Shown here in pieces: positions 10,241-22,758 of a DNA stretch of 64,000 nt (the stretch's first letter is position 1; each line of letters starts with the position of its first letter). This DNA is from Felis catus (lineage: Eukaryota), in NCBI RefSeq assembly GCF_018350175.1, contig NC_058383.1, positions 3,968,001-4,032,000 of the forward strand. Direction: 5' to 3'. The translations under genes and the position numbers were made by a program. The notes under the pieces were generated by a model that was given only the letters and a program-made list of their open reading frames with translations, did no database searches and was not told the DNA's origin.

Positions 10241-12599
10241 CTTTTTAGTTTACTTCATGCTTTTCTAAATATTCCAAGTTTTCTATAGTGAACAGAGACT
10301 GCTTTTATAAAAAGAATGGACAGATGTTATTTGTAAGAAGACAACTGGGCCAGAGTGAGGCATCTTGAATTTTTATTTTTTTTAAATTCTTTCTACTCCA
10401 CTGGGAACAAGAACATTCACAGACAGGATTATTCCTCTTCCTACAAATGTTTATCAAACGTTGTGTTAATACAAAATAGCAATTTCACAAACACAGAGAG
10501 GGCCCAATACCAGCAGGACATTTTAAAAAAGTCATGCCACAGATGCCAGTCCCCGACGCCGTAGACACTCTAGGTCTAGAAAGACGAGTGTAAAAGACAG
10601 TCAGAGCTCCCGCTCCCCCCTCCCCGCCCCCCCAAGAAAGGCCTTAACAAGCAACAGGAACCATTCCTGCGCAGAAGCGGACAGATTCGTAGTGAAACCC
10701 GGCAATGTAAACAGGACTGGCGGGCGATTCATTCAGCGGGGTCAGGGCCCGAAATTTGAAATTGCTTATGGAGGCAAAACAGCCCTTGCAAAATTGGGTC
10801 CCCTCACGTTTCAAACAGATTCACTGTCTCCCTTCCCAGCCCTGCCTGAATCCAGGCGGACACGCATTCAGCCCGCCGGAGATTTCTATGACCCATCCAG
10901 CCCCAGGGCCCCCCAGAACGTGGGGCCATCATCACCAGGATAAAAGACCCAAAAATCTGGTCTTGCATTCCTCTCAGTGGGGTCAGGGTTCTGAGCTGCC
11001 AGATCCTCTGAGGCTCCTAAATTCTTTCTCTTTAACTGTCCCCATCTGGCCTTGGGCACGCACGTTCCCGAGGTATGGCACCGCGCTGATCCCCACCAAT
11101 CACGGCAGAACAGGCACTAAGCACCCAGTACCAATGCCCACGGCTTTGCAGGACAGTACCACCCAGAACGATTCCCAGAGCTGATGGTTCAGACCCACTG
11201 TGCGGCGTAAAAAGTCACTTGGTGGGTTACAACCAGCAACCTGAATCAATGACTAGGGGTAGGACCGACAGGGCAGGTAGCGCATCACACAAGCTGGGGC
11301 TGCGTCGGCGACGGATGTGTAAAGTGGAATGCATTTCTCCTGATGGGTAGTAATCAAAAAGGTTTGGGAGACGGGTATCTGGGAATAAACGGAGGAGGAC
11401 CGCTGACCCACGCCAGGCAGATCCCATGACGCACAGGTGACCCTCCTGATACGGGCCACAGCCGGAGTGATGCATCTCCCCTCCTAACACCACTACGAGG
11501 GCGCAGGCCGGTCCTGAGAGCCCATCACAAGGCCAGCTTGCACAGAGAAGGCTGTCAGGAGACAGGAGGTTGGATGGGCACAGGGACTCCACATAGACCC
11601 GGGATAACCAATCAGGGCTGCGCCCGCCGCCCACCGCCCACCGCGCCCCGGTAACGAACAGCAGTCCCACAACTCAGGGGGCTCACTGGCTGCCAGGCCC
11701 TGTGAGAGACTTTGGGCTCCAGTGTCCGTGCCCCCTGCAGAGAGTCCCAGCCCTTGCCAGTTCCCAAAGGCAGGAGCAGAGAATGCAGGAGCATCCTCAA
11801 GCCTCTCGGGGCTCAGGTAAAACGGACTCCGCTCAGGAACTGAGCAGCCAAGGGATGGCGTTGCTAAAGACAGGAGAACGAGGCCCCACGAGGACCTCAA
11901 GGAGAGGCCTTCATCCGCTGCCCCAGAGCTCAGCTCACAGGGAGCAAGCCAGCGGAAGGAGGAGGGTGTGACACCCCAGGGCCATGACTTGGGTTCCAGC
12001 CCTGCCCTGCACCACCGGATGACCTTGGGCAAGTCAGGCGGCCTCTCCCAACAGCCTCAGGCTCCCCATGTAATAAGGAAACGGTAATTCCCTCCTGCCA
12101 GGTGCTGCCGGGAGAAACATACAAGAAAGATACAAGAACAAAATGTGTACATGTCTAGAGCTGGGTGTATATGGCCTGTTACGCTGATAAAGAGGGGGAT
12201 GGAACCGAGAAAGGTGAACGCTGCCGCAGGCAGTGGAAGCTGCTAAACCAGCTCTCCAAAAATACCAAGCTCAGGTCTGCAGCCTGGATGCGAAGGGCCG
12301 ACGCCTACAGGAGGCTCCAAAGCCTCACCTTCCCAACCTCAGAAGAGGAGGAGGAGACACAGAATGAGCTCACCCCGCTCACCCCACAAATGTGCGCCGA
12401 GCACCTGCTAAGTGCCATGTGCTGTGCTGGGCACTGGGCATGATCGGTAAAGATGCAGGGCCTGCCCTCAACCCAGTGTCCCTGACGGTTGCTCACAACC
12501 CCTCTGCTTCCCAGTCCCGCCCACCTCTCCAGCTCCAGCTCTGGGAGAGTGTTGGTGTGTGCAACATTTGTTACCAACTGTACCACAAAGGGGAAAGTC

Positions 12600-13037
12600 T
12601 CCCAAGGCCCGAGGTCAAGCTGTTTTCATACTACCGCTACATTATTTATCTGTCCCTCCGCGTCCTTCATGCAAAGGTTTCCCGAGGCTACATCACAGGC
12701 AATGGTCACAAGCTCGTGTCAAAGCAAGCACGAGAATCCAGTTGTCTTCTGTTAAGCCAGACATTTCAAGAAATTTGCAAGAACGTGAGAATGCCACGCC
12801 TCGACCCGAATCTCTTTTGTTTGGAAAAAATAGTTACTTTGAGTAGAAAAATATGTTACTTAGGTTAATGTGAAATGAGGTTATCTTTACGCGAATAGGT
12901 ATTTTCAAATATTGTCCCTTTTAACTTCTAGGGTGATGAATGTCAATATTAGAGATAGCCCATCAACACAGGTTCTTTGGTGTCCTCAACGATTTTTAAG
13001 GGCACAAAGGGCTTCCAAAAAGTTTGAGAACCACTGA
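12600..13037. mobile_element. hAT-Charlie-like DNA transposon remnant
   Basis: Ends AAAAGTTTGAGAACCACTG, a Charlie/MER5-type terminus. Confidence 0.5.
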
Positions 13038-13041
13038 CGTA

Positions 13042-13240
13042 CTAGTGTTGTCCAACGGGACCTTCTGGGATGATGAAGATTGTCTTTACCTGCGCTGGGA
13101 GCAACTAGCCAGACGTGGCTACTCAGTAAGCACTTCAAATGTGGTTAGTACCCCTGCGGCACTGAATTTCTGTTTTTATTTAATTTTAGTGGACTTACGC
13201 GTAAACAGCCACCCGTGTCGACACCAGACTGCACAGAGCT
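13042..13240. mobile_element. MER3-like MITE
   Basis: GTGTTGTCCAAC...CTAGCCAGACGTGGCTACT...AGCACTTCAAATGTGGTTAGT...TTTTATTTAATTTTA. Confidence 0.65.
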
Positions 13241-15502
13241 TCTCTACGTGATGTATGGTGTTTCTCCGTCCCCTGGGGTTCCCTTTATTTTCCCTGCGCG
13301 GTATCTATCAGAGGCGTCTGGGCACAGAGGAGGGTCTCAGTGTTACTCCCGGGAGGAGCTGGGTCCACAGCCCTCTGCTCCCCCAGGGGACCTCTCCTCA
13401 ATCTGGGGAAGGGTCTGCCATGCGGAGTCAAGCCAGCCAGCCCGCCAGTTTGGGCTCTGTGCTCATCCCTGACGTGCACAGTTTGGAAACGGACCGGCAG
13501 CAGCTTACAATCAGCTGAGTAGGACCAACCAGCTCTTTTTAACAGCAGACCAGACGAAAGCCCAGAGAGGGCAAGTAATCTGCCGAAAGTCACACAGCAA
13601 GCGGGAAGCTTCACATCCACGCACGGAAAGCAAGGCCACGGGGGAGGGCTGGTGCTTCCTCCCTGCCAGACCGGGGGGAGCCACGCCGCCTGAGCCACCA
13701 GGCTGTGAGAGAGGCAGCAGAGGGCTGCACATCCAGTCACCGGACGGCTCAGGATTCGCCACAGCCTTCTACCCAGAGCATGGGCTGCGGGACCCAGGGA
13801 AGAAAAGAAAAGTATGGGATGGAAAGGCACTGGCCCCAGCCCAACCTGGCTCTGTGCCTCGGGCCTATCACTGCCCCGCTCTCATCCTCACTCTCCGGGG
13901 ACAAAACCGAGCTGTGCCACCCCTTCTGGCTCATGTTCAAGGTCAGCGTTGCTCAGGCTCCCAGACTTGCTCATCTCACCTCAGGTAAGGCAATCAGAAA
14001 GGCCGATGGGTCTGGGATCCACACATTTCCTGCCAGCCACCTGTGCGTAGGCAGGTGTCCCATCGGGGCCTGGGGCTCGGAGCCCTCGCAGGGAATCCGG
14101 CTGCTGCGGTGAGCGCCGGCATCCGGCCAGAGTGTCTTCAGAGTAAGTCTAGGGAGAGACACAGCACGGCCCCTTCCAGCCACCCGGCCACTAGGAGCCA
14201 GATGGCTGCACGCTCCCCCAAATGAGCGTCCTTTCAAAGACTGGTTGGGAGTTTCTGCCCGTGTCTCCCACACTGGCCTGAATACGGGGCTACTGAATGA
14301 AGCCTCACACCTTTGCAATAACCGTTCAGAGCACGTGAACCGGCTGAAACAGAAACACGGAGCCTACCACGATTTCAAGTGCTCCTATCCACGGGCTGGG
14401 AACCCAAAAATGGGGTTGCCAGTGTTTTAGGGAGCAGACAGTGGAGTGGGGGAGAGCCCATGGCTGCCACATACTGGCAGTGTGCCCTTGGACAAGTTAC
14501 TTAACGTCTCTGAGCCTTAGTCTCCAAATCAGTAAAATGGGCTCATACCCACCTCTTAGAGTGCTTGTAAAAACGACATAAATCACAGGGCTTGGGACAA
14601 AGCATACAAAACGTCAGTGACAGAGCCCAATTTCAGGAATGGCCTGTGCATAAACACAGGCTGCTGAGGGGCATTAATGCCGCGAATCTGGGAAACTAAG
14701 TGAAAAAGAACCCAAAGCAAGAGCAGTGGTTCGGTGCCCCCCACCCCGGACACGTGTCTGTCCTCTGGAGACTGACTCTATGACCCCATCACTAACGTGC
14801 AGGGCACGGCCTCAAAGGGGATGGGCTCCAGAGCAGGGCTTCCAGAAACAGTGTCCAGACCACCCAGAAGAGTGCAGACTCCAGAGTGCCGTCCTGACCT
14901 ACTGGCTCAGCGGTCCCCGGGGTGGGGGGGGGCTGGATCTGTGGTTCAGCTAAGCCCTGTGGAGGTTCCCTGGCCAAGCCCTGGGGTCATGATCACTGCT
15001 CTGACTTCCTCCAGCAGAGGCATGGCCTTTGCCCCCCCGGTTCACAAGAGAAAGCGGTTCCGTGTGCTGACCGCAATCTCCATCCCGCACGTGAGATGCC
15101 GGACGTGGCTGAAAGTCTTGGGTGCCAGCCAGCGTAGGGCCGGACCTGGATCAGGTCCCACCGGCTCCCGGTTCCAGACTCCCGAGGGGGAGTTTCTGAG
15201 CATCTCAATGCCATGCCTGACCCCGCACGGGGACCCTTCAGAGCTGGTTTGTTCTCACAACTTGGCATCCCGGGCCGGCCCAGCTCCGTGCGTGAGGGGG
15301 CACAGTCAGGAAGCGGTGGGGCAGCGGCGTGCTGGGCGGGCTTGTGAGGGTCAAAGACGCTCATCCCCTCCCCAGGCATCTTCGGTGGTGTCACTGTGGT
15401 AGCTGGAAATTGGCCATGGGAGCATTTACACCAGGGAAATTAGCAAATGCTACACACTAGTGCTTTGTTTTGCTTTCTCAATCATTAAAAATGCTCAGCC
15501 CA

Positions 15503-15716
15503 GGGGCGCCTGCGTGGCTCAGTCAGTTGAGCGTCCGACTTCAGCTCAGGTCATGATCTCATGGTCCGTGAGTTCTAGCCCTGCAGCGGGCTCTGTGCTG
15601 ACAGCTCAGAGCCTGGAGCCTGCTTCGGATTCTGTCTTCCTTTCTCTCTGCCTCTCCCCCACTTGCACTGTCTCTCTCTCTCTCTCTCTCAAAACTAAGT
15701 AAACATCAAAAAAAAA
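15503..15716 (+). mobile_element. Can-SINE
   Basis: Full element; flanking duplication AAATGCTCAGCCCA. Confidence 0.92.
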
Positions 15717-17464
15717 ATTTTTTTTTTTTAAATGCTCAGCCCAGACTTGGGGGTAGTGCATTTCCTTGGAAATAGGAGATCTGGCCAAGGGCCCTGACAT
15801 TTGGAGGTTAGACAGTCCTGGCTTCAAAGCTTTGCTCTGCTGGTGAGATGCTGGGTGCCCTTGGGGAAGCTGCCAAACCTCTCTGTGCTTTGGCTTCCTG
15901 CTCTGTAAGATCGAGCTTCATCCCACAGAGGGGACTGTGTCAGTCAATGGAAGAGCGTCTATGAAGCCACTAGCACAAAGGCTGGCCCCCAAGAGGGGTG
16001 CCATCTGGGGAGGCCTCTGCCTCCCAGCTTCCTGCTCCTTCCCCTCAGACCCGCTGTGCACCACGCCTGTGAGTGTAGCTGTCACATACTCACGTGGAAA
16101 CGGCTGCCGGACCTATCCTTTCAGGACCCCACGATGAGGTCCCCAGAGCACCCCCTGCGCCATCGGGTTGCACGGTAGGCGGTGCCTTTCTCACTAAGTC
16201 ACTAGACTCACTTCTCAGACCTCTGAGCTCTCCCTGCCCCTCTTAGCCCCTGAGCTGTCCCCGCCCCTGCTTCCCAAAGGAGGCCTGAGCTGGGAAAACA
16301 TTCCCAGCGCTTCAGCTTTTGCAGACGAAATGGAAAATAGAGCTTGGTGTGCGGAAAACCCCAGAAAACCTAGGAATGCCACGTTCTGGGGAAGACCTCT
16401 ACATCACCCCACTGTGCGGGGCCCCCACCCCCACCGTCAGTCTAGACCCACTTGGGACTCCCATCCCGCACCCACCGGTGACCGGTGCCCTCCTAGGGTG
16501 CTGCCAGCCTGAGCCCGATGCTGACGGGGAGAAGGGACGCTCCGTCCTGTTCCCACCACACGTGCAATTTCCAGTCAAGAAAGGCAGGTCTGGTATGTGG
16601 CGTTGGCTTAAAGACCCCTGGCCCGAGAGACTGCTGGCCCCGGGGACTACCCTCGGCAAGTTCTGCCCAGGACCCATCAGGGGGGTCCCACCGGCTGGCA
16701 GGCAGGCCTCACCAGCAAGCGCACCTGCTCTGGCTTGCCCAGACGACCGCCAGTGGACTCAGTCAGCAGGCTGTCACCTCCAGGCCTGTCCCCCAGCCCG
16801 GCCAAGCGGCGGGAGCCTCCCCAACCGGCCTTCATCCCTCCCTGCTCATCGACTCCCACCCCTCACCCACCCCAGCAGTGTCCGCCTAACTCAGGAACAG
16901 CTGCTGAAGCACCCAGAACGTCAAAGAGGTCTGCAAACCGCCTCCCTGGCTCCTTGGGGCACGATGGTCACTTTGCTGGGTCGTCCTGGCATACGACAGC
17001 CTCAAAGGTGGCCAGGAAGAGGGGGCTGGCTTCTGAATTCCCAGTGTCCCGCCCTCTCCACCCCTGCATGTCCAATGCACAGACTAGAATGCTTACCCAC
17101 AGGAGGGGATGGCCTGAGCAACATCTTGTCCTTTCCTGCACTGTTTGTGACACATTTTGGAAGAGGTCCAGGGTCTGGGTTTAGATGAAATGGAATGCTG
17201 GGAAACTCACTTTCACAACGATGCTGAGGGAGAGAAAGGGTTCACAGGAAACACCCTGAAGTGGAATAAGGGGAAGGAATGTGGTCAAGGCCCTACAGAG
17301 CGGTGTCCTCACCAGCCTGTCCACAGTCTGAAATTCCACCATTAGTGATTCATTCCTCTGGCTAGTACCGCTGACTCGCCTAGAAGGGTGTCACCTTCAT
17401 TATCAGAGGTTGGTTCCCACGTGGACCACTAAGAGAGCTATGAGGATACGAGGCTGGGAGTTTA

Positions 17465-17610
17465 ATTCGTTATCCTACTGAACCTTCAAGCAACGCTGCA
17501 AAGTGCCGCCTTACTATACCCATTTTATAGCTGAGGACACTGAGGCACAGAGAGGTTAAGGAACTGGCCCAAGCCCTTACTAACAGAAGATGCCACATTT
17601 GATGTCAGAC
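17465..17610. mobile_element. MIR (others at about 6100-6260, 11960-12120, 14470-14600, 15800-15980, 33305-33510, 45510-45880)
   Basis: Core CCCATTTTATAGCTGAGGACACTGAGGCACAGAGAGGTTAAGGAACTGGCCCAAG. Confidence 0.7.
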
Positions 17611-18399
17611 CCAGCAGGACACAGTGCCTCTCTCAAAGAGCTCCCGGGTTGGGGAGCAGGTGCAAGGACCAGGGTGACAAAGGACAGAGATCAAAGCTGT
17701 GGTGCAGGTGAGCACGGGGGGTGTTGGGAAGCAGGAGGGAGCCCCCCACATCAGAGGAAGGCCGGAAGTCCCTCGATACTGACGCCCGAGCAGGGCTTTG
17801 AAGGAGGAGTGGGGATGAGACGGGTGGATGGAGGGGTGAACCCGCGCCTCAAAAGGTGTGGGGCACGAAGGGGCAGGCTGCCTCGGGGGGGGGGGGGAAT
17901 GATGCAAGACCAAAACGGCAGGAGGAGGGGGCAGGAAATGAAGGTATCACATAAAGAGCTCAGCTGCAGAGCCACTGAGGTCCCAGGTCCCAGGCACCCA
18001 GGCCTGGTCCCGTAACGGGGCTTTGGCTGTGACAGGACTTTCACGTCAGCTTGGCCCGGGGCTGGGGCCTTGCTTTGGGAGGTTTCCTGATGGGCTTCCC
18101 AGAGCTAACGCGAGCCCCTCCCCCTGCCTCAGGCCCAGGCAGAGATCACAGCACTGCGTCCCTGCCCCCATTCAGGGAAGAGGGCCTCCCCAGGGCCCCG
18201 CCCCCACAAAGCTTCCTCTCCTCATCCCCAACCTCCAACCCTGACCCCAACTGATGGCGAGCAGACCAGATGAAGGCAGCTTCCAGAGGCTGGGAGTGCC
18301 AGCGGAGACACACAGACATGCACGCATGTGTGCACACCCGCACACACCCACGCACAGGCCCGAGAGGAAAAAAATCCCCAAAGCATCTGCTGGCTCAGA

Positions 18400-19805
18400 A
18401 CCCGCCTATCTCAGGAATGTGTTGGATGATTTAAAACTGGCTTCGGTACACGGGGATTCCAGATGCTGGGACCCTGAAGTATCCTGGAATGTACTAGAAC
18501 GAAGCATAAGGCATCCTGTCTTTTTGCCCACCCAACTCTGGTTGGGAGTCGCAGACTGAGGCCTGTCTACCTTGAGACAGAGGTTTGATCCAGAGATTCT
18601 GAGATTCCCATTCAGATCGGGGGCTGGGCCTGGATCCCCTCCGGAGTAAATGTCCACGCGCCAGGTCAGAGCGGCCAGCCCAGCCCCTAGAGGACGCTGT
18701 GAGGACAGGTCCCTGGAGGCCTTGACATTGGGCTGCTGGGGGCTTCAGAGGTGGGAGTATCCCAACACTGGAGACACTCTGCCCAGATCCCTATGGAACC
18801 TTCCCTCTGGGGCTCATGGGAGGAGCCTCTCAGGGCCACTGATTGGCAACAAGCAAGAATCACCGAATGTTGGCATCACGAGCCCTAAACATGGAGCAGG
18901 CCAGCAAGTTCCAGGCCCGCCGTACCGCCCCCCCCCCACCCCCCAACGAATGGCTGATAACTTCTCTGGGTTTGTCAGCATAAGAAGAGAACGCCTGCCC
19001 TGAGGTTCTCTGCACCGAGAACCAGCTACAGGGGAGCACAAGGTCAGGTATGCTCAGGTTGCGTGCCTTAGTTTCCCCTTACTGCCCCCAGACCGCCCAC
19101 TCCAGGGGCTTCCCCGAAAGGGACAAGGGAAAAGGAGTGCAGGAGGCAAGCACGCTCCCCCGCCTGGAGACAGACATTTAACTGGTCTGGCCAAGACCCC
19201 AGTGCAGAGCACGCCAGGCGAGAAAGGCTAAGAGGCGCCATCATGAGTGCTGAGCTGCCCTGAGCACCGCCTGGAGGAGAATTCTGATGCCGCACCATGC
19301 CGCAGTTGATTGGTAATGTCTGCTGTGGTCACAGGTATTCACCATCCCTGATCTAAAGCTGGGTGACTCCCTGAACAGGGCGCGATTCCCCAGCCAGGAT
19401 TTTGGTAGCAGAGGAGGCCCTGGCCGGCCGGGTACAAACAACCCACTGACTCCCTAACAGATTTCTGAGGACCGTAAGGAGCACATATTGGCCCAGGGTC
19501 CCCCCCAGTTTGCCAGGACAATGTCTGCTCCCTTTTCTGAAGACATTAATGTTGTCTGTATTAGGAAACGCTTGCCTAGAATAGAAACACATTACAGGGT
19601 TAACTTCTCCTCTGTAAATATGACTAAATGTGTTCTTTCTCACCTGGGACCCTAAGGACGTTCTGGCTGTTACCAACCAGAAGTAGCCTCAGACCCATCA
19701 AAAGCTCTGCCCGTGGACACGCAGACGGGCCTGGGCGCTGTGCTCTGGACCAACGTTCACAGAAACACTTCCCATGATGCTCTGCCCCGTGCAGTCTGGG
19801 CCACC
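18400..19805 (-). other. MMD2: Probable MMD2 3' UTR (end uncertain)
   Basis: Unique sequence after the stop; variant hexamer TTTAAA at 18430-18435 followed by U-rich and GU-rich tracts on the minus strand. Confidence 0.4.
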
Positions 19806-20009
19806 TCATTTGGACACCTTGGTCTGCAGGGTGCTGGGCAGATAGAGGTACCTCCAGATGGCATAGTAGTGGGTGCCAGCACCAAATGCCACAAAGAGAT
19901 GCCAGATGGCGTGGGCAAAGGGGATCCTCCCGTCACTCTTGAAGAACACCATGCCCAAGCAGTAGAAGACCCCTCCGGTCATCAGCTCCCAAATGCCCTC
20001 GGTGTTGGG
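19806..20009 (-). CDS. MMD2: MMD2 (PAQR10) last coding exon (exon 7)
   Basis: Acceptor TTGTTCTTGCCGACAG|; [67 protein letters not shown] then TGA at 19808-19806; PAQR HxxWH motif; 204 nt. Confidence 0.96.
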   Translation of the reverse strand, partial: PNTEGIWELMTGGVFYCLGMVFFKSDGRIPFAHAIWHLFVAFGAGTHYYAIWRYLYLPSTLQTKVSK

Positions 20010-20244
20010 CTGTCGGCAAGAACAAGGGTGGGGCGCAGGTCAGAAGAGCAGGCAGCAGGGCCGGGAGCACCCCACCATCCCCCCTCCCACCCAACGAAAA
20101 GAGACGTGCATGGTGAGCCTCCCCAGATTCCCGGGAAGGGTGTCCCCACATGTGCTGTCAATTCCCCCCAGATTAATTCTCAAATGTCACTCTGTTCTAT
20201 CAAAATCCCAAAGAATATTCTACAGTCTATCTTTTCTAAAAATT

Positions 20245-20790
20245 AACACATCTGGGTATACACCCAAAAGAAGTGAAGGCAAGGACTTGAACAGATACGT
20301 GTACAGCCAGGTTCACAACAGGCAAAGCGTGGAAGCAACCACACGTCCATCCACGGATGAATGGATAAAGGAACCACTGTTCTTGTCAGTTCATGCAATG
20401 GACTATCTCACTCCGAGCTAACAAGGAAGGAAACTCTGACAGCTGCTATCGCATGGATGAACCTGGGGGACGTGATGCCGAGTGGCATAAGCCAGACACA
20501 GAAGGACGAACACTGCAGGATGCCACGCATATAAGGTCCCAGGACTTCATCAAATGCATGGAGGCAAGAAGTAGAATGGAGGTGACCAGGGGCTGGGGAG
20601 GAGGAACAGGGAGTCAGTGTCTAACGGGGACAGAGGTTCAGTTAGGGAAGATGAGAAGGTTCTGGACATGGACGGTGGCGACAGATCCACAATAACGTGA
20701 ATGTGCTTAACACCACTGAACTGTATACTTAAAATGGCTAAAATCATAAATTTTATGTATATTTTATCACAATTTTTTTAAAAGTAATAC
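20245..20790 (+). mobile_element. Old L1 (L1MA/MB-like) 3' end
   Basis: CTGGGTATACACCCAAAAGAAG...GGATGAATGGATAAA...GAACTGTATACTTAAAATGGCTAAAAT. Confidence 0.8.
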
Positions 20791-20850
20791 ATGTCCATGG
20801 TGAAACATTTTAGAGAAACCAAACCAGAAATACGAAGAGAAAAGTAGTGA

Positions 20851-21067
20851 GGGCACCTGGGCGGCTTAGTGGGTTAAGCGTCTGACTCTTGATTTCGGCT
20901 CGGGTCATAATCTCACGGTCCATGGGATCGAGCCCCGTGCCGGGCTCTGCACGGACAGCACGGGGCCTGCTTGGGATTCTGTCTCCCTCTCTCTCTCTCT
21001 GCCCCTACCCCAGAGAGCGTGTGCTCTCTCTCTCGCTCTCTCAAAATAAATAAACTGAAAAAGAAAA
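20851..21067 (+). mobile_element. Can-SINE
   Basis: Full element; flanking GAAAAGTAGT. Confidence 0.9.
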
Positions 21068-22319
21068 GTAGTAGTCCCAGCCTTCAGAGATGAGCACTGT
21101 TAACAATGGAGTCGTTCGTGGTTAAAGGAACAGCAGAGACTGCGTGAGAACTTGCCACGCCACCCCCCAGGCCCCTGGGTCCACTTTTACACGCATTACA
21201 GGCTACCGCTGTTAACAGTGCTTTACGGTATCCTTCCAGAAACGTTCTCTCCACGTGCAATACGCAACATGCACTTCATACGTATGTACTATGCACAGGA
21301 ACGGATCTTTCTCGATCATTCCAGATAAACGGGCTCATGCCATCCCCACCATGCTGTGACTCCATGCTGGATTCACTCCTCTGCTGGGGATCGGTCTGCA
21401 TTCCCACAGCGGGAGCCATCTCCATTCTTTTCAGCCGCTGCGGAGCATCCCGGGGGATGCACGTCCGCCAACGTACGTGCTCAGTCCTCGAGCGTGTGGT
21501 GCCTCCCAGTACTTGCCACGTGCGGGGCACTGCACGAACGGCCTCGGTGGGTTATCTGACGCCACCTTCACAACGTCCTCATGAGGCGGGTGTCACTCTA
21601 TACGGCGGTCACGGAAACACGCCCACGACACGTGGTAAGCGAGCAAAGCACGCTGCAGAGCAGCACATTTCGTGTCACCTCGTCTTTTTAGAAGAAAGCC
21701 AAGTCAGCGTGTCTGCAAAGCCACGTGGGCTTGCATGTAAATAAATAGAAAGGACACACAGCAACCAGAATGGGGGTTGCAGCTGGGGCGGGATATTGGG
21801 AGAAGGCAGAAGGCGGCTTTGGCTCGTCCACATACTTTCAGACTCATTTTTTGCAGTGACTATGTGTTTAAATATATGCTTACCATATACAAGTATATAA
21901 GTACTTAAATGTATGCAAGTATACATGTACTTAAATATGCAATACATAAGTTGATGGATACCGTATAATTTTTTATCCCACGTCATTCATAAAATTTAAA
22001 ACATTTTTAATAAATTTAAATGAGTCTTTAAAAATTTGAAAATATGTATTTAATATACATTATATCATGTAATATTTAATATATTTCATAAAATTTGTAA
22101 GAATTTGAAAATAAATTCAAATACAATTTTTTAACGTTTTGATTTTGAAAATACTTACTGAATATAAATTATACAATGCAATCTAATAAAATTCATTAAA
22201 ATTTTGAAAGAAATTTAGTAGCTTTAAATTAAAAGACACTTCATAGAAATTATAAAAATGTAATGTTTAATATACTTCATAAATTTTTAAAAATTTTAAA
22301 AAGTAAATTTAAATTTTTC

Positions 22320-22480
22320 TTTATTTTTTTAATATAATTCATTGTCAAGTTAGCTGACATACAGTGTATACAGCACGCTCTTGGCTTCAGGAATAGATTC
22401 TCACGATTCATTGCTTACATACAACAAACACCCAATGCTCATCCCGACACGTGCCCTCCTCAATGCCCATCACCCATTTT
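22320..22480 (-). mobile_element. Carnivore L1 3'-end fragment
   Basis: T-rich tail then TTGCTTACATACAACAAACACCCAATGCTCATCCCGACACGTGCCCTCCTCAATGCCCATCACCCA. Confidence 0.75.
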
Positions 22481-22568
22481 TTAAACATAAATTTAAATTT
22501 CTTTAATTCAAAAACTTTTTTGGTAATATAAATTATACAGTGTAATATTTAGTTTAATATAATTCATA

Positions 22569-22758
22569 CTTTTTTTTAACTTTTATTTATTTTGAGAGAG
22601 AGAGAGAGCATGAGCAGGGGAACAGCAGACAGAGGGAGAAGAGAGAATCCCAAGCAGGCTCTGTGCTGACAGCCTCAGATGCAGGGCTCAAACTCACCAA
22701 CCAGGAGATCATGACCCGAGCCTAAATCAAGAGTCGGACTGAGCCACCCCGTCACCCC
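22569..22758 (-). mobile_element. Can-SINE
   Basis: Reverse element; flanking TAATTCATA. Confidence 0.9.

Noticed and set aside
16319..17188. 289-aa intergenic ORF
   Set aside because: Non-ATG start, GC-rich, no recognisable homology or exon structure; a database search would be needed to exclude it fully.
19713..20246. 177-aa plus-strand ORF
   Set aside because: Antisense shadow of MMD2 exon 7.
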